From NCBI GenBank assembly GCA_000004985.1, contig GG738848.1: DNA of 64,000 nucleotides. One strand, given 5' to 3'. This DNA comes from Naegleria gruberi (Eukaryota). Positions 23,801-33,785 of this stretch are shown here, in pieces. Numbering within the stretch: position 1 is the stretch's first letter; each line of letters begins with the position of its first letter. The notes beneath the pieces were generated by a model, which searched no databases, had not been told where the DNA came from, and saw only the letters and a program-made list of their open reading frames with translations. A program made the translations under genes and the position numbers.

Positions 23801-25976
23801 TAGGTACATTACATAAAACTGAGACATTTTCCTTGTTGACATGGTTGATGAGTTCTTCTTGCCACTCATCAGGAATAAAGTCCATATCTTCTCTCATTCT
23901 TTGACGAATCTTGAAAGCTCTGTATTCCTCTGGTGTCATTCTACTTAAATCTGTATCATCTTCAAGTGCATTCAATACTCGTTGCAAGGAAAATTGTTGA
24001 GGATGTGGAATGAAAAAGGAATTCAATTCACAAGTTTCCTTGTACATTTGAATAATGTCAATAGAATCCTTTTCACTTCTTTGTTTCAATTTCAAAGACT
24101 TTCTTTGGATAATTTCATTTCCAGATGAGAAGAGCTTGAATCTGAAGCATTCATTGACAAGCTTTTCAAATAAAATACCAACCTTGACCTTTGGCAAGTT
24201 TAAGGAATATTCTTCAAGGAACGAGTAGATGAATCTAACCCAAATACCAACTTGAATTAAATCGTCCTTGTTGGCTTGAATTAATTCCAATTGAGCAAAT
24301 AAAGTCAAGGAAAGCAACTCAAAAACTTGCTTGATTCCATTATCAACATCTGAAGCTTCAGTCTTAACAATCTTTCTTTCCAATCTCTTCAAATAAACAA
24401 GTTCTTCGAATATGCTACTTGACAAAGCCAACATGGCTTTGGAAGAATTGATCTGTGACATTTCTTCTTTCCATCCATCAATTCTCTTTGGTAGAGTAGC
24501 TTTAAAGTAGTTAGCTTTCTTTTGAACTGTTTTGATTTCTTCCTTGATATCCTTAGATGTGTATTGCTCAGCAACAACAACTCTCTTCTTTGGTCTATCA
24601 AAAGATGCAATTAATTTGGCAAGTGAAGTTGATGTTTCATCAGATTTTCTAGGTTCTGGAACTGATGAAATCTTTTCAGTGTTGTGGTAATGATATTCAT
24701 CTTTGAAAACTTTCTTGTTGGAGTTTCTTTCAATAATAGATTCTGGAATGTCAAATAACTCGCTCATGAAACGATTGCTGATTGGTAAAACTTGATGATC
24801 GTTCTCGAATTCATATTGGAATGAGGAAGAGGTTGGAATTTGTTGCATGGTTTCTAATAAATTGGCCTGGCTTTCACCTAATCCTAATCTAGAAACAATT
24901 TCCTTATATTGGCTTTGAAGATGCTCTGGAAGAGTAAATTCATTTTGCTTTGTTTGAATCATCCAAAGCAAGATTGAGTGTGCCAATCTACCATCCAACA
25001 AATCATCACTTCCTTCAATATAATCTTCATGATGATAAGCAATTTCGAACAACTTTCCATAAAATCTTTGAATAAACTCATTCAATTCAGCAACTGCAAA
25101 GTCAACTTTTTGATATCTATAATTGAGTGGCAAGTATCCTTGCAATAATTTAGTAATCACTATAACCTTGGCAAGTAAATGATCCAAATTACTGGACAAG
25201 CTATCAGTAATTGCTTTTTCGAACAGTTGGATGACTGACATTTTACCAATTTCCATAGGAGTAGAATTAATTACAAGACCGTCAATATCAAAAGTGATTC
25301 TTCTTCTTTCTTTAGTTCTTAAGTAAAACATTCTTCCATTAATTGCTGAACCTTCTCCTGTAATACCAGAAACCAATGGAATTGAACAATAATTCAACAG
25401 TAAGGCCAACAAGTCTCTATTGTAAGATGATATTACAATAGAATTAACATTCACACTTTCGCTTAACTTTCTAAACTCTTCAAAATTTTCATAAATATTT
25501 TCATGCATTACAAAACAGGAATGTCTCTTTTTAAGTTCTGGATTTTCATCAATGGACTTTTTCAAGTGGTAGAATAACAAGTGACGAAGCAATCTCTTGG
25601 AATTCAATTCTTCCTTTCCTCTGGCAATTGGATCATTACCTTTCAGATAAAGTAATTGAAAACCAACTCCACTCTTTCTCCATTCTCTCAATTTAGCTTC
25701 ACAATAAAAGAACATATGAAGCCATTGACCACCATGATCATTCCAATCAATACCACTTATTTCGCTTTCATAAATTGCTTGATCAATTAAACTATCAATA
25801 TCGACCAATACAAAGCTCGAACCACACTCATCCAAGAATCGAACATTTCTCTCGCCAATGACGCCAAAAACATCCTTTCTATCTTGATTATTGCCATTTC
25901 CTTCATAATCATGATCCTTAATTTTCTGAGCATCTTCCGAAGGTTGTTGTTGATTATTATTATGATTGGGTAACAT
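20850..25976 (-). CDS. DDX60-like Ski2-type DExH-box RNA helicase (1708 aa, intronless)
   Basis: ATG at 25976 verified. Helicase core begins about 715 aa in: motif I VPTSQGKTF, Ia FIVPTKALVNQ, Ib TPAML, II LIIDEIHS, III LGLSATL, V STSTLALGVNMP, VI QACGRAGRRG. The long N- and C-terminal extensions and overall length match the DDX60 family (human DDX60 about 1712 aa). Confidence 0.8.
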   Translation of the reverse strand: MLPNHNNNQQQPSEDAQKIKDHDYEGNGNNQDRKDVFGVIGERNVRFLDECGSSFVLVDIDSLIDQAIYESEISGIDWNDHGGQWLHMFFYCEAKLREWRKSGVGFQLLYLKGNDPIARGKEELNSKRLLRHLLFYHLKKSIDENPELKKRHSCFVMHENIYENFEEFRKLSESVNVNSIVISSYNRDLLALLLNYCSIPLVSGITGEGSAINGRMFYLRTKERRRITFDIDGLVINSTPMEIGKMSVIQLFEKAITDSLSSNLDHLLAKVIVITKLLQGYLPLNYRYQKVDFAVAELNEFIQRFYGKLFEIAYHHEDYIEGSDDLLDGRLAHSILLWMIQTKQNEFTLPEHLQSQYKEIVSRLGLGESQANLLETMQQIPTSSSFQYEFENDHQVLPISNRFMSELFDIPESIIERNSNKKVFKDEYHYHNTEKISSVPEPRKSDETSTSLAKLIASFDRPKKRVVVAEQYTSKDIKEEIKTVQKKANYFKATLPKRIDGWKEEMSQINSSKAMLALSSSIFEELVYLKRLERKIVKTEASDVDNGIKQVFELLSLTLFAQLELIQANKDDLIQVGIWVRFIYSFLEEYSLNLPKVKVGILFEKLVNECFRFKLFSSGNEIIQRKSLKLKQRSEKDSIDIIQMYKETCELNSFFIPHPQQFSLQRVLNALEDDTDLSRMTPEEYRAFKIRQRMREDMDFIPDEWQEELINHVNKENVSVLCNVPTSQGKTFICFYLIEKVLRESSTDVICFIVPTKALVNQIYCEISSRFERNNLVGMATASKRINEFTSQVLIITPAMLEIYLMSSQENNWKSRIKYLIIDEIHSAFDGDQSQYYEHIIQFLDCPILGLSATLDNRNELAEWMKHGKRQIVETVHLEDYKRFNPLEYYNFNNDNEGKCIHVHPLALVNVNNLKQELELLNGMSMKECLELTQYLEKEIPSWFTEIVQIGLKSDLLEPFKWADSINYRRKVHEYLIEKGQDDNNHDNICKIIQHFYHLSLISTTERSEKLHEEEIINLVMQMKNENMLPSISFAFNRTLINDYLEYLVNYLETNQTNLWKDGKIPKTISQLVSSIEEGNCDFEVEELHFRALKVGLACHYAAMDENYQIEVERLFRIGDIPLIFSTSTLALGVNMPCKTVVICGFSPFYSNSLFKQACGRAGRRGFDNKGRVILCGFNTPLQRRYLLSPPVLVNGSQGFPTSFTLRLFSSLSQQGNNSSIEEGIKRLLDKPLFSLDKNLVDRAAKQMKHLFLFNSEYLFQTEFLNGNCEPLSLSGLVTHLFYLNEKAFTIPHLVKFKFFEQFKQVYSDTEQDLLLLKIVTYLMYRSVVGSYFNKKHTIQLGEENMEEGSIFREMAEHVKSHNDMALSIFSNFASVYAVDKQDELEDVHLPLSNHGNFKKLRILKSNANSSNETKEENVGGGDDDWESFDVEETEPVESEQQVNEPVTKKFVLDESEFESDLHNIPLIKHLSSHCIRNNLSISSFAALSGNMDGHYKSVDHFLQTLNHNICLNKTTIPLQDLEFSKLNSFLIDLYKHKNIKLLKAENGFSTKHAATREVEQIVKDLKKIRSSLIVEKCFKESTFYHPYMDSSIKTLLDDFGIQWAQNYQALYDCWRKETLNSVFDSYFIQTYKYQKFLKILGSLFRHPFMKSLDRVIRVLSEIIYGRPVYVNRKKKDRPDMPNVDDESEHVVNVKSKTEAKVKKPQDE

Positions 25977-26315
25977 TTTCAGTACTATTCTTTTTGAATA
26001 TTTTATAATTTGTATTATTAATTATTTAATTTGTTGTTGTTGTTGTTGTATTTTTTTTAAAGTGAATAAATCGAGTGTTTGCTTTTTTTTGAATATTCAG
26101 AGATATTTTTAGCTTAGGAATTCATTTCAATGAAGAGTTTGAATCAAAAATAAAAAATTCGGATCATTGATGGATTGGATGAATTTTGAGATTGAAAAAC
26201 GAGGTCCCTCTAACATGGTGGCATCTATTTATGTTGTAGCTGGAATTACTTGAATATTTACACTCACAATTCAAATGGTTTATTTCAAAATCGAATGGAT
26301 ATTAATATCATAATA

Positions 26316-27776
26316 TTATTCAGAATTATTCTCACTATCATCTCTGATATCATACTTAGTTGGCTGTTCAATGTTTGGATAAAGTGCAGCAATTTTCTTG
26401 TTTAATTTTGGATTATCCTCGAGCCAATCAAAACGTTTCAAGTTGGGAGCAACAATTTTCAAAGATTGAGCTAATTTGTCCATTTGTTCTTCATTTTCAA
26501 ATTCATACGAGTTACCAATTCCAACAAATTCCAATCTTTCATTTGAATTTCCGCCAAAATACAAATCTTCATGTTGCGCTGTAACACCAACATAGATATT
26601 GTTTCGTCCAACATTGAAATATCTCAAATTGGGGAAATTTCCAAGTTTTTGAAGGCAAGATCCTGAAATTTCACACGCAGCTGGAATATCTATATATTCC
26701 AAATTTGGTAGTTTCTCTAAAAAATTGATTATTCCACTATCTGAAATAGATGCTTCAAAAGATGAACCAGAATCTGAACATTTCAAAGAAAATTTCTTCA
26801 ATTTTGGACAAGTTTCTGCCAAAACCTCTAAATGTCTATCAGTGAAATCATCTTCATAAATAAAATGAAATTCTTCCAAGTTGGGACAAAGTAAAAGAAA
26901 GCTCAATAAGTAATCTGCATAGTCATAATCTAAAACAAGACTAATACTTTTCAAATTGTTTAGAATTGGAACTTTGGCAATCTTTTCATCAAAACTTTCG
27001 CCCTTTTCAATTTCAAGCGTTTTTTGATGCATGTCATTAACATGATAATTTTGTGGAATTTCCAAACTTTGTAAATCTCTAAAATTCGTCAATATTTTCA
27101 ACATTGATTTTGGATTTAAACACCAATGAAGCACAATGCTTTTCACATTGAAACCATTTGCTGGACCACTGAGAGAAATTCTCTCTTTCTTCACATTGGA
27201 AAGAGATTTAAAATCTTTAAATGAAACTCTATTCGAAAATTCGATTGGAATACTTTCTATTTCAATGGGTGTGAGTTTTCCATCAGAATTTAACATTCTT
27301 GTATTGGTAATTTTGAATAGCGTTTCCCAATCTTCAGTTGAATCGATCAAATCAGATAATTCACCCAAAGAAACATTATTAGAAATACAATATTCCTTCA
27401 CTTGTTCAGAATTTTCCGAATTTAACACCAATTTGTTTTTTTGTCTATTAATTTAACATCCAGTCAAGCAAATGTAAACAGTGTTAATCCATTGTATATC
27501 CATTGATTGAACTTACTTGAGAGCATTCACCAAAGAGAAAGGTTTCGTTTTAGTTTCAATAAAATGTTTACAAACAACTTCCTTCACATAACTAATCATC
27601 CAATCAAAATTTTGCTTGGAAGTCAAAGCCCACATTAAAATACTTTCCGTTGGTAAATATTCAATAATAACAGACCATTCATCCATTGAAAGATTAGTGT
27701 TGAAAGTTGATGGTAAAGTTTTGACTTTTTTCGCTGAGTGAAAGCTTTCGTCCAGTTTATCTTGTGATCTTTTCAT
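26316..27776 (-). CDS. F-box/LRR-repeat protein (exons 27776..27517 and 27444..26316)
   Basis: ATG at 27776 verified. Exon 1 encodes an F-box (MDEWSVIIEYLPTESILMWALTSK). Donor CTCAA|gtaagt (phase 2), 72-nt intron, acceptor taatag|ACAAAAAAACAAATTGGTG. Exon 2 encodes leucine-rich repeats (LPNLEYIDIPAACEISGSCLQKLGNFPNLRYFNV...). The tool's 'M' at 27431 is a TTG inside this exon. Confidence 0.7.
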
Positions 27777-28016
27777 TTTTTTTAAATATCAAATCCTTGT
27801 TTACGTGGAAATTAGTAAAACATTGTTTTTTTCGTTTGTGAAAGTTGGAAGATTATAATAGCGCACAACACACTATGGTTTTTGTAAAGTTTAAAAGGCC
27901 AATTTTGGAACACCTCAGTCCCTTCTTCAAAAAGTTGTAAATCTTTCCCCCTTTGATTGAGTTGATTTGTTAACAATGAAAATCCAAAAAAAAATACTCC
28001 AACATTTGTTTTTAAC

Positions 28017-29231
28017 ATGGGTCAATCACAGAAACCAATAGCAGCTCCACAATCTGCAGAAACCACCCATCACCACAACTCCAAGGATCCTCCTAAATAT
28101 TCATTGTGCACTCGGAAAGAACATGAAAATTTCATCAAATTAATTGCAATTAAATCTTCCACTACTACCACCATAGAAAACAATTCCTTCAAGTTAAATG
28201 ATGAAGAAAATTCGCAATTTTACCTCCGAACAGTGCTGATCAGAGAGGAAAATAAATCGTGGTTGGAGAGGGAGCTACCCATTGAAATAATATTCGAAAT
28301 ATTGAGATATTTGCTACCTGATGATTTGATAATCTTGTCGGGAGTGAGTTGGAATTTCAGAGAGGTGTGGACAGAGCATCCATTCTTGTGGTTCTCTCCA
28401 TTGGAAAGTGGTGAGAATTATGGGAAATCACTCATGTCCAGAAAGTTAGTGGAAGATTTCATCAATAATTCAAATAATCTTGTTGCAAATTGGAAACAAA
28501 TATATCTTCAGATTGGAAATGTAATGATGTATCCGAAAAGTTTCTCAAATTTTGCAGATCAATGTGTCTATGGAAGAATCTATGGAGAATATAACACCAT
28601 TCAAAAAATTGGATTTATTGGAATGAAAGGATGTGGAAAATCAACTTTTTGTAAATTACTGGCCACTAACAAGTTGGATTTGCAAATGAAATCGACAATT
28701 GGTTGTGATTTTTACATTCAATATTTGAATCTGGACTTGGAGGAGAATAATCAACTTATCAAGTATTGCTTCAAGCTCGAAATTTGGGATGTAAGCGAAA
28801 TGTTCAGATCAGTTTACAGAGGTTTGCATGTAATATATTTTTGTTTTGATCTTTCGAATGAGGAGAGCTTATATCATATGATAAACATGTTCAAGGATTG
28901 CTGTACCAATGATTTGTACATTAATGACCTATCCAATCTTGAGAATGAATTGGATACAGATATTGTATTTCTAGGACTGAAGAAGGATAGCAAAACAATA
29001 TCGAATCATACCATTAACAATTGTATATATCCTTTCATTGACAGGAATGTGCCTTATCATCAAAGACGAGTTTCATATTTTGAGGTTAGTGCCAAAGAAC
29101 AGGATAGGACAACTTTCTATCCAGTATCTCACATTGGATTTTTACCATCAAAGAGAGAACATTGTTTCCCACTCACTCCACTCACAAAGGATAATGAAGA
29201 AAGATTTAGGAATTATGGAGCTTTGGATTAG
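28017..29231 (+). CDS. F-box protein fused to a degenerate Rab-like small-GTPase domain, N-myristoylation motif (404 aa)
   Basis: ATG verified. Begins MGQSQK (Gly2). F-box ELPIEIIFEILRYLLPDDLIILSGVSW. GTPase motifs: G1 GMKGCGKST, switch-I TIGCDF, G3 degenerate EIWDVSE (no Gly/Gln), G4-like LGLKKD, G5 EVSAKE. Confidence 0.65.
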   Translation: MGQSQKPIAAPQSAETTHHHNSKDPPKYSLCTRKEHENFIKLIAIKSSTTTTIENNSFKLNDEENSQFYLRTVLIREENKSWLERELPIEIIFEILRYLLPDDLIILSGVSWNFREVWTEHPFLWFSPLESGENYGKSLMSRKLVEDFINNSNNLVANWKQIYLQIGNVMMYPKSFSNFADQCVYGRIYGEYNTIQKIGFIGMKGCGKSTFCKLLATNKLDLQMKSTIGCDFYIQYLNLDLEENNQLIKYCFKLEIWDVSEMFRSVYRGLHVIYFCFDLSNEESLYHMINMFKDCCTNDLYINDLSNLENELDTDIVFLGLKKDSKTISNHTINNCIYPFIDRNVPYHQRRVSYFEVSAKEQDRTTFYPVSHIGFLPSKREHCFPLTPLTKDNEERFRNYGALD

Positions 29232-29975
29232 TTCCAAATATTTGGAAAATTTAAATATCCTATGGAATTCTATCAGACTATTCCAGAAATTTTGGCACAA
29301 GGAAAAGAGCTATCAGACAAAGAAATAACATCAATTTAATTTTTATTTAATTATTGATGTATCTTAAAGAATTTTCCTTGAAATTTACAATTGGTGGAAA
29401 ACTCATTCGTATATTTGATGATAAAAAGCTGTGATGAAGTGAAAGATCCACAACTCTATAGACAGTTGTAGGTAGATAAAATTTTGTCCCCAAAAATTTT
29501 TTGGCCAAGTCGAAACTCCAGCCATTTTTCGCTTGCGATTTTAAAAAATGTTACAAGTCGAGAATAAACCGTTACATTAGTTGGCGCCACGAAAGAAGAC
29601 GTTACACTTCATCAAAATAAACTTTAGTTTCATCAAACAAAAAAAACCAAACTACTTCAACAATGAAGTACCTCTCTTCACTTTTTGGTTGTTTTCCAAC
29701 ACAGGATTTCACTATTGGTGCAACAACAACATCTTGAGAAATAACATTGTCCTCCAACAATTTTCTTCATGTCCCGTTTTGTTGTCCCCAAGCCAAGCCT
29801 TTTAGACTTGTAAAAATTTTTGGTCAGAGCAACAAATGTCCATTACCTACAACTGTCTACAACTCTATGGAAGTGTTTGCATTTGTGTTTGATTGTGGTA
29901 GAACATTCAGTCAACATGATTCAATCATTCTTGATACATTTCTCTTTTGAGGTTCAAATTTCCAATTTTGAATAT

Positions 29976-30520
29976 TTACATAATAGCACATGTTTTTCTT
30001 TGCTTTTTCTTTTCTTGTTTTGGTTCTGGTTTAGTTTTTCTAATTTCTCTAATTAATGTTCCAAATGCTTCATCCACATTCAATCTCTGTCTTGCTGAAG
30101 ATTCCAATAGTGGAATACCAAGCTCTTTGGCATACATTTTGGCCTTCTCCACTTTTACTGACCTTTCGGATTCCAAATCACATTTGTTTCCAACTAATAC
30201 CATTGGACACTTTTCACAATCTTTCACTCTGAGAATTTGTTCGTAGAATTCGTGAATTTCCTCAAACGACATTTTATCAATGATAGAATAAACCATGAGG
30301 AAACCATCTGCAGATCTCATATATTGATCTCTCAATGCTTGTATNNNNNNNNNNNNNNNNNNNNNNNNNNNNNNNNNNNNNNNNNNNNNNNNNNNNNNNN
30401 NNNNNNNNNNNNNNNNNNNNNNNNNNNNNNNNNNNNNNNNNNNNNNNNNNNNNNNNNNNNNNNNNNNNNNNNNNNNNNNNNNNNNNNNNNNNNNNNNNNN
30501 NNNNNNNNNNNNNNNNNACA
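29976..30520 (-). CDS. Ras-family small GTPase (Ras/Rap-like) with CaaX box CAIM; N-terminal about 58 codons lost in assembly gap
   Basis: Read after the gap: ...IQALRDQYMRSADGFLMVYSIIDK...VLVGNKCDL...ESSARQ...KTCAIM*. An ATG (aaaaaaaATG) sits immediately 3' of the N-run on the minus strand at about 30518-30520, consistent with G1-G3 lying inside the gap. Confidence 0.75.
30345..30517. other. Assembly gap (173 N)
   Basis: Run of N characters in the sequence. Confidence 0.98.
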
Positions 30521-30987
30521 TTTTTTTTGTATTGTTGTTTCGAATAAATTTTGCCTAGTTCCGCACTTAAATAGGTACAAGGAACTTGGAAGTGAGTTGC
30601 TACCATGTTCAGATAGTTCTTAAACAATAAGAGAAATTTGTTCAACAGTTCTTTTGTTATTATTCAGAGTTCCCGAACCAAGACCCTAATATATTTTCCA
30701 ATGACAACTAGCACATTCATATTATTGTCAGTGGTGGAATCTAACAAACGAATGAGAATGTGAACAACTCTGAAATGATTCGTTCAACACTACAATCTAT
30801 TCGCACCCAAAGCAAGGATTAGGAAACGATTCTTTTTGACTTGCTTTTCTCGTCGCACATGTTTTTTGTTTCACACTAATTTTTTGTTTTAGCTTATTTC
30901 TTGCTTTAGTATCTTTCTGGGGTGTGTAGTTTGTAGTGCAATTGAAAATCAATAAATTAACAATTAATTACAACTCAATTTATCCAA

Positions 30988-31503
30988 TTAAAGCAAATCA
31001 GGACACTTTTCCTTCAAACATTTAACCGAAGTAACAGCTCCAACAATATAATTAATCACCAAAAACACCCAAAATACCAAACTCAATGAAGGATTCAAAA
31101 AAGACATCATACTCTTATCAGCCATTAAAGATAACAATTGTACATAAATAACAGTTAAGGAATATTGATGAGCCCATCCAATCAAGTGAGAGAAGACAAC
31201 AGCCAAAACTCCGAATACTGAAGCCAAACAATGGAAATATTGCAATTGTTTTTGTCTCTTCTCATTGATACATTTAGGTGAGGCAAATACAAGAATTCCA
31301 ATCATTCCGACCACCATCAGTAAGCAATCAGGGAAGATGAGAAATAAATCGGAAATTGCATACGATCTAACATTTTGATAACTAGAATCGCTATATCTAA
31401 TAAACCATGCGACCATCATTGCAATATGAGCAGTCAAATAAATTAAACTCATCAGGATGAGACAAACATTGGAGGTGAGTAAGAGTCCACGCATTAACCC
31501 CAT
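30988..31503 (-). CDS. Small 4-TM membrane protein, paralog A (171 aa)
   Basis: ATG verified. Four hydrophobic helices. Shares blocks with the divergent neighbour (LIYLTAHIAMMVAWFI vs MALYHLATIIPWYM; SLTVIYVQLL vs SLTVLYSKVL). Confidence 0.5.
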   Translation of the reverse strand: MGLMRGLLLTSNVCLILMSLIYLTAHIAMMVAWFIRYSDSSYQNVRSYAISDLFLIFPDCLLMVVGMIGILVFASPKCINEKRQKQLQYFHCLASVFGVLAVVFSHLIGWAHQYSLTVIYVQLLSLMADKSMMSFLNPSLSLVFWVFLVINYIVGAVTSVKCLKEKCPDLL

Positions 31504-31995
31504 TTTTTCCTTTCCCTTAATAATGAAGATATGATGATGAAGATATCTGGCGACTTTTTTAATAAAAATAAATTAAAATTTGTTGATGATGATCATCTTC
31601 CAAGGAAAATTGTGATCTTTTAATTGTGTTGGAGGTTGAACAAGGAAGAAGCATTCATTTTCCTATTTAGAAGCAAGGATAATTTCCTCACATAAGATGA
31701 TTTTCGAATATGATGTATGTGAAATTAATCTTAATGTATTAAGGGAACGAAAGAAATCTACACCATTTCAAATAGATCACCCAATACAGCCATTTCTATT
31801 GAATTGTATCTGTATTTTCCAACACACCAATTCCTTATTGTGAGATTTGAATTTCCCTATCAAAAAAATAGGAAAAAAAACGGCAGAATTGTTCATTGCG
31901 AAGATTGTGAGCCTTATTGAATTATCTTCTTAATCACAATACCTATTTTAATATATTACATTTTACATCAATTGGATTATTAGAAAAGCAACATC

Positions 31996-32571
31996 ATGTT
32001 ACTCTTAACTAAAATTACTAGTATTTTCCAAATCATTCTCGGACTCTTCATGGCCTTGTATCATTTGGCCACAATTATTCCTTGGTATATGAATTCATTG
32101 AGTGTTTATGGTACTCATAGTTTGTTCTTAGTGGCGGGAGATTTGTTCATTCTTGGGTTGGGAATATTAGGTGTCTTGATCGGATTCCAAGTTGGAAAGA
32201 TTAAGAATGATGAGAGAACAGCAACTTTCATGTACACTGGTGGATGTCTATTTGTCATTCCAACCATTGCTTGGATTTTAGCTGCTCAAGGTGCTGTTGA
32301 ATTTTCCTTGACAGTTCTCTATTCAAAAGTTTTAATATTCCCAAAGACCATGACAGCACAAACAAAACTTGCTCTCCTCTATTTGGATCCTGCTTTTTCT
32401 TTTGCTTTCATGCTCTTGACAGCTATTGTTGCAATTATTTCACTTGTGGCTGCTGTCAAGAATGTTAAGAGAGCTGTTCCACAACTTTTTGACGGATCAG
32501 GTGTATCAAAGAATGTGGAAACATCTGAAGAACATCAAACATCCTATGTTGCCTTTAACAATAAGCAATAA
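31996..32571 (+). CDS. Small 4-TM membrane protein, paralog B (191 aa)
   Basis: ATG verified. Paralogous to 30988..31503, arranged head-to-head with about 490 bp between starts. Confidence 0.5.
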   Translation: MLLLTKITSIFQIILGLFMALYHLATIIPWYMNSLSVYGTHSLFLVAGDLFILGLGILGVLIGFQVGKIKNDERTATFMYTGGCLFVIPTIAWILAAQGAVEFSLTVLYSKVLIFPKTMTAQTKLALLYLDPAFSFAFMLLTAIVAIISLVAAVKNVKRAVPQLFDGSGVSKNVETSEEHQTSYVAFNNKQ

Positions 32572-32742
32572 ATTAGATTTTAAATTATTGTATTCAACAC
32601 TGATGAGTAATTGTGAATTTGACATTTAAAATAAAAATTTGGAGTGATGACATTCCATCAGAAAATTAATGAAATTTGGAATTAAACCAAATGGACAATA
32701 AAATGTTATTAAATTGAATTGAATTTATCAAACTGGCCTAAT

Positions 32743-33785
32743 TTATTTGAAATTATTTTCAAAATCAGCAGCAACCAAATCAGCCAAAGTTCTGGCAGAG
32801 GTTGAGCCCAACTTGGCACGAGTTTGAAGCTTCAATTCAATTGGATAGTGATCACTAACTTCAGCAGCTTGAGCTCCAGTGAGAGAAAGAGCAGTATCGA
32901 ATCTATAAACACTAACAGAGTTGATTTCAAATGCAGCACCATCGGCAATCTTCTTATCAGCCATACCCTTTGAAACAATAAATCTATCGTATGGACAAGA
33001 AGAAGAAGCAACAGTGGTATCCATATCATCAGTAATCAACCAAGTATACTTTCCATTTCTAAATTTGAGAGCAGCAAGTTGTTTACCAGAAACATATCCA
33101 CATCCAGCATTAAAGTCTCCCATCATGATTGTGTTTTCATAGAACTTTTCATTCTTGAGTTGTTCATAAACTTCTTGCATGTGATTGAGTTCGTTAACAG
33201 CATCAGATGGTTTGATGTGACAGCCCATAATTGCAAATTGGACATTCTTCAACTTGGCATCTGATGTGACCAATTGATAAACAAAAGTGAAAGGAGCACG
33301 TTCAAACCAATTGTTACGTCCTTATATTGCACAGTCTTGCCCATCTTGATAAGATTACTATTGAAAATGACACCATATTGTTCCTTTTGAGTTGGTTCCT
33401 ATCTTTCGCTCAAAACATAACTATAACGTTTATCACCTTCACCCAACAATCTAGCCAAAATGTGGAATGCTTGATCAGAGGAATCTCTCACTTCTTGAAC
33501 GAGAATCAAGTCGTATTGAGATAGAATTTTGGTGAGAGCAGAGGCAACATTTTGCTTTTGCATCTTTTTAGTTCCCAATACTTGAATATTGAAAGAACAA
33601 ATACGAATGCCATTGGAAGTTTTACTCTCCAACACTGCAGTATCTTGTAAGGAACTAACTGAAGTCAATGAATAACCATGATAGTGTCTTTGATAGAGAG
33701 CTTCAGTTGATCCGAACATGAATGAGATCATCAAGGAAGCAATTAAACATGCAACAACTACCAATAAAATGTTTCTTCTCATCAT
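32743..33785 (-). pseudogene. DNase I-family secreted nuclease homologue, apparently disabled
   Basis: Signal peptide MMRRNILLVVVACLIASLMISFMFGSTEA (ATG about 33785). Strong DNase I similarity: ICSFNIQVLGTKKMQKQNVASALTKILSQYDLILVQEVRD..., ...MMGDFNAGCGYV..., ...SDHYPIELKL. However, an in-frame TAG (33399..33401) interrupts ...YVLSER*EPTQKEQYGVIF, where homologues read ...SEPLGRNSYKERYLFVY. About 80 nt downstream the homology switches reading frame (...TVQYKD / GRNNWFERAPFTFVYQL) with no plausible intron. Confidence 0.55.

Noticed and set aside
33318-33330. A 57-nt intron (gtaaca...catcag) to explain the DNase I frame change
   Set aside because: The would-be intron encodes residues (NNWFERAPFTFVYQL) that align well to DNase I (NDTFNREPAIVRFFSRF), so the region is coding and the frame change is a real indel.
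33399-33401. In-frame TAG in the DNase I-like gene as evidence for a reassigned stop codon (ciliate-like genetic code)
   Set aside because: Every other gene stops at TAA or TAG at a sensible position; the cyclase, for example, ends in TAG. Long ORFs are otherwise stop-free in the standard code. A frameshift occurs about 80 nt away. Pseudogenisation or sequence error is more parsimonious.
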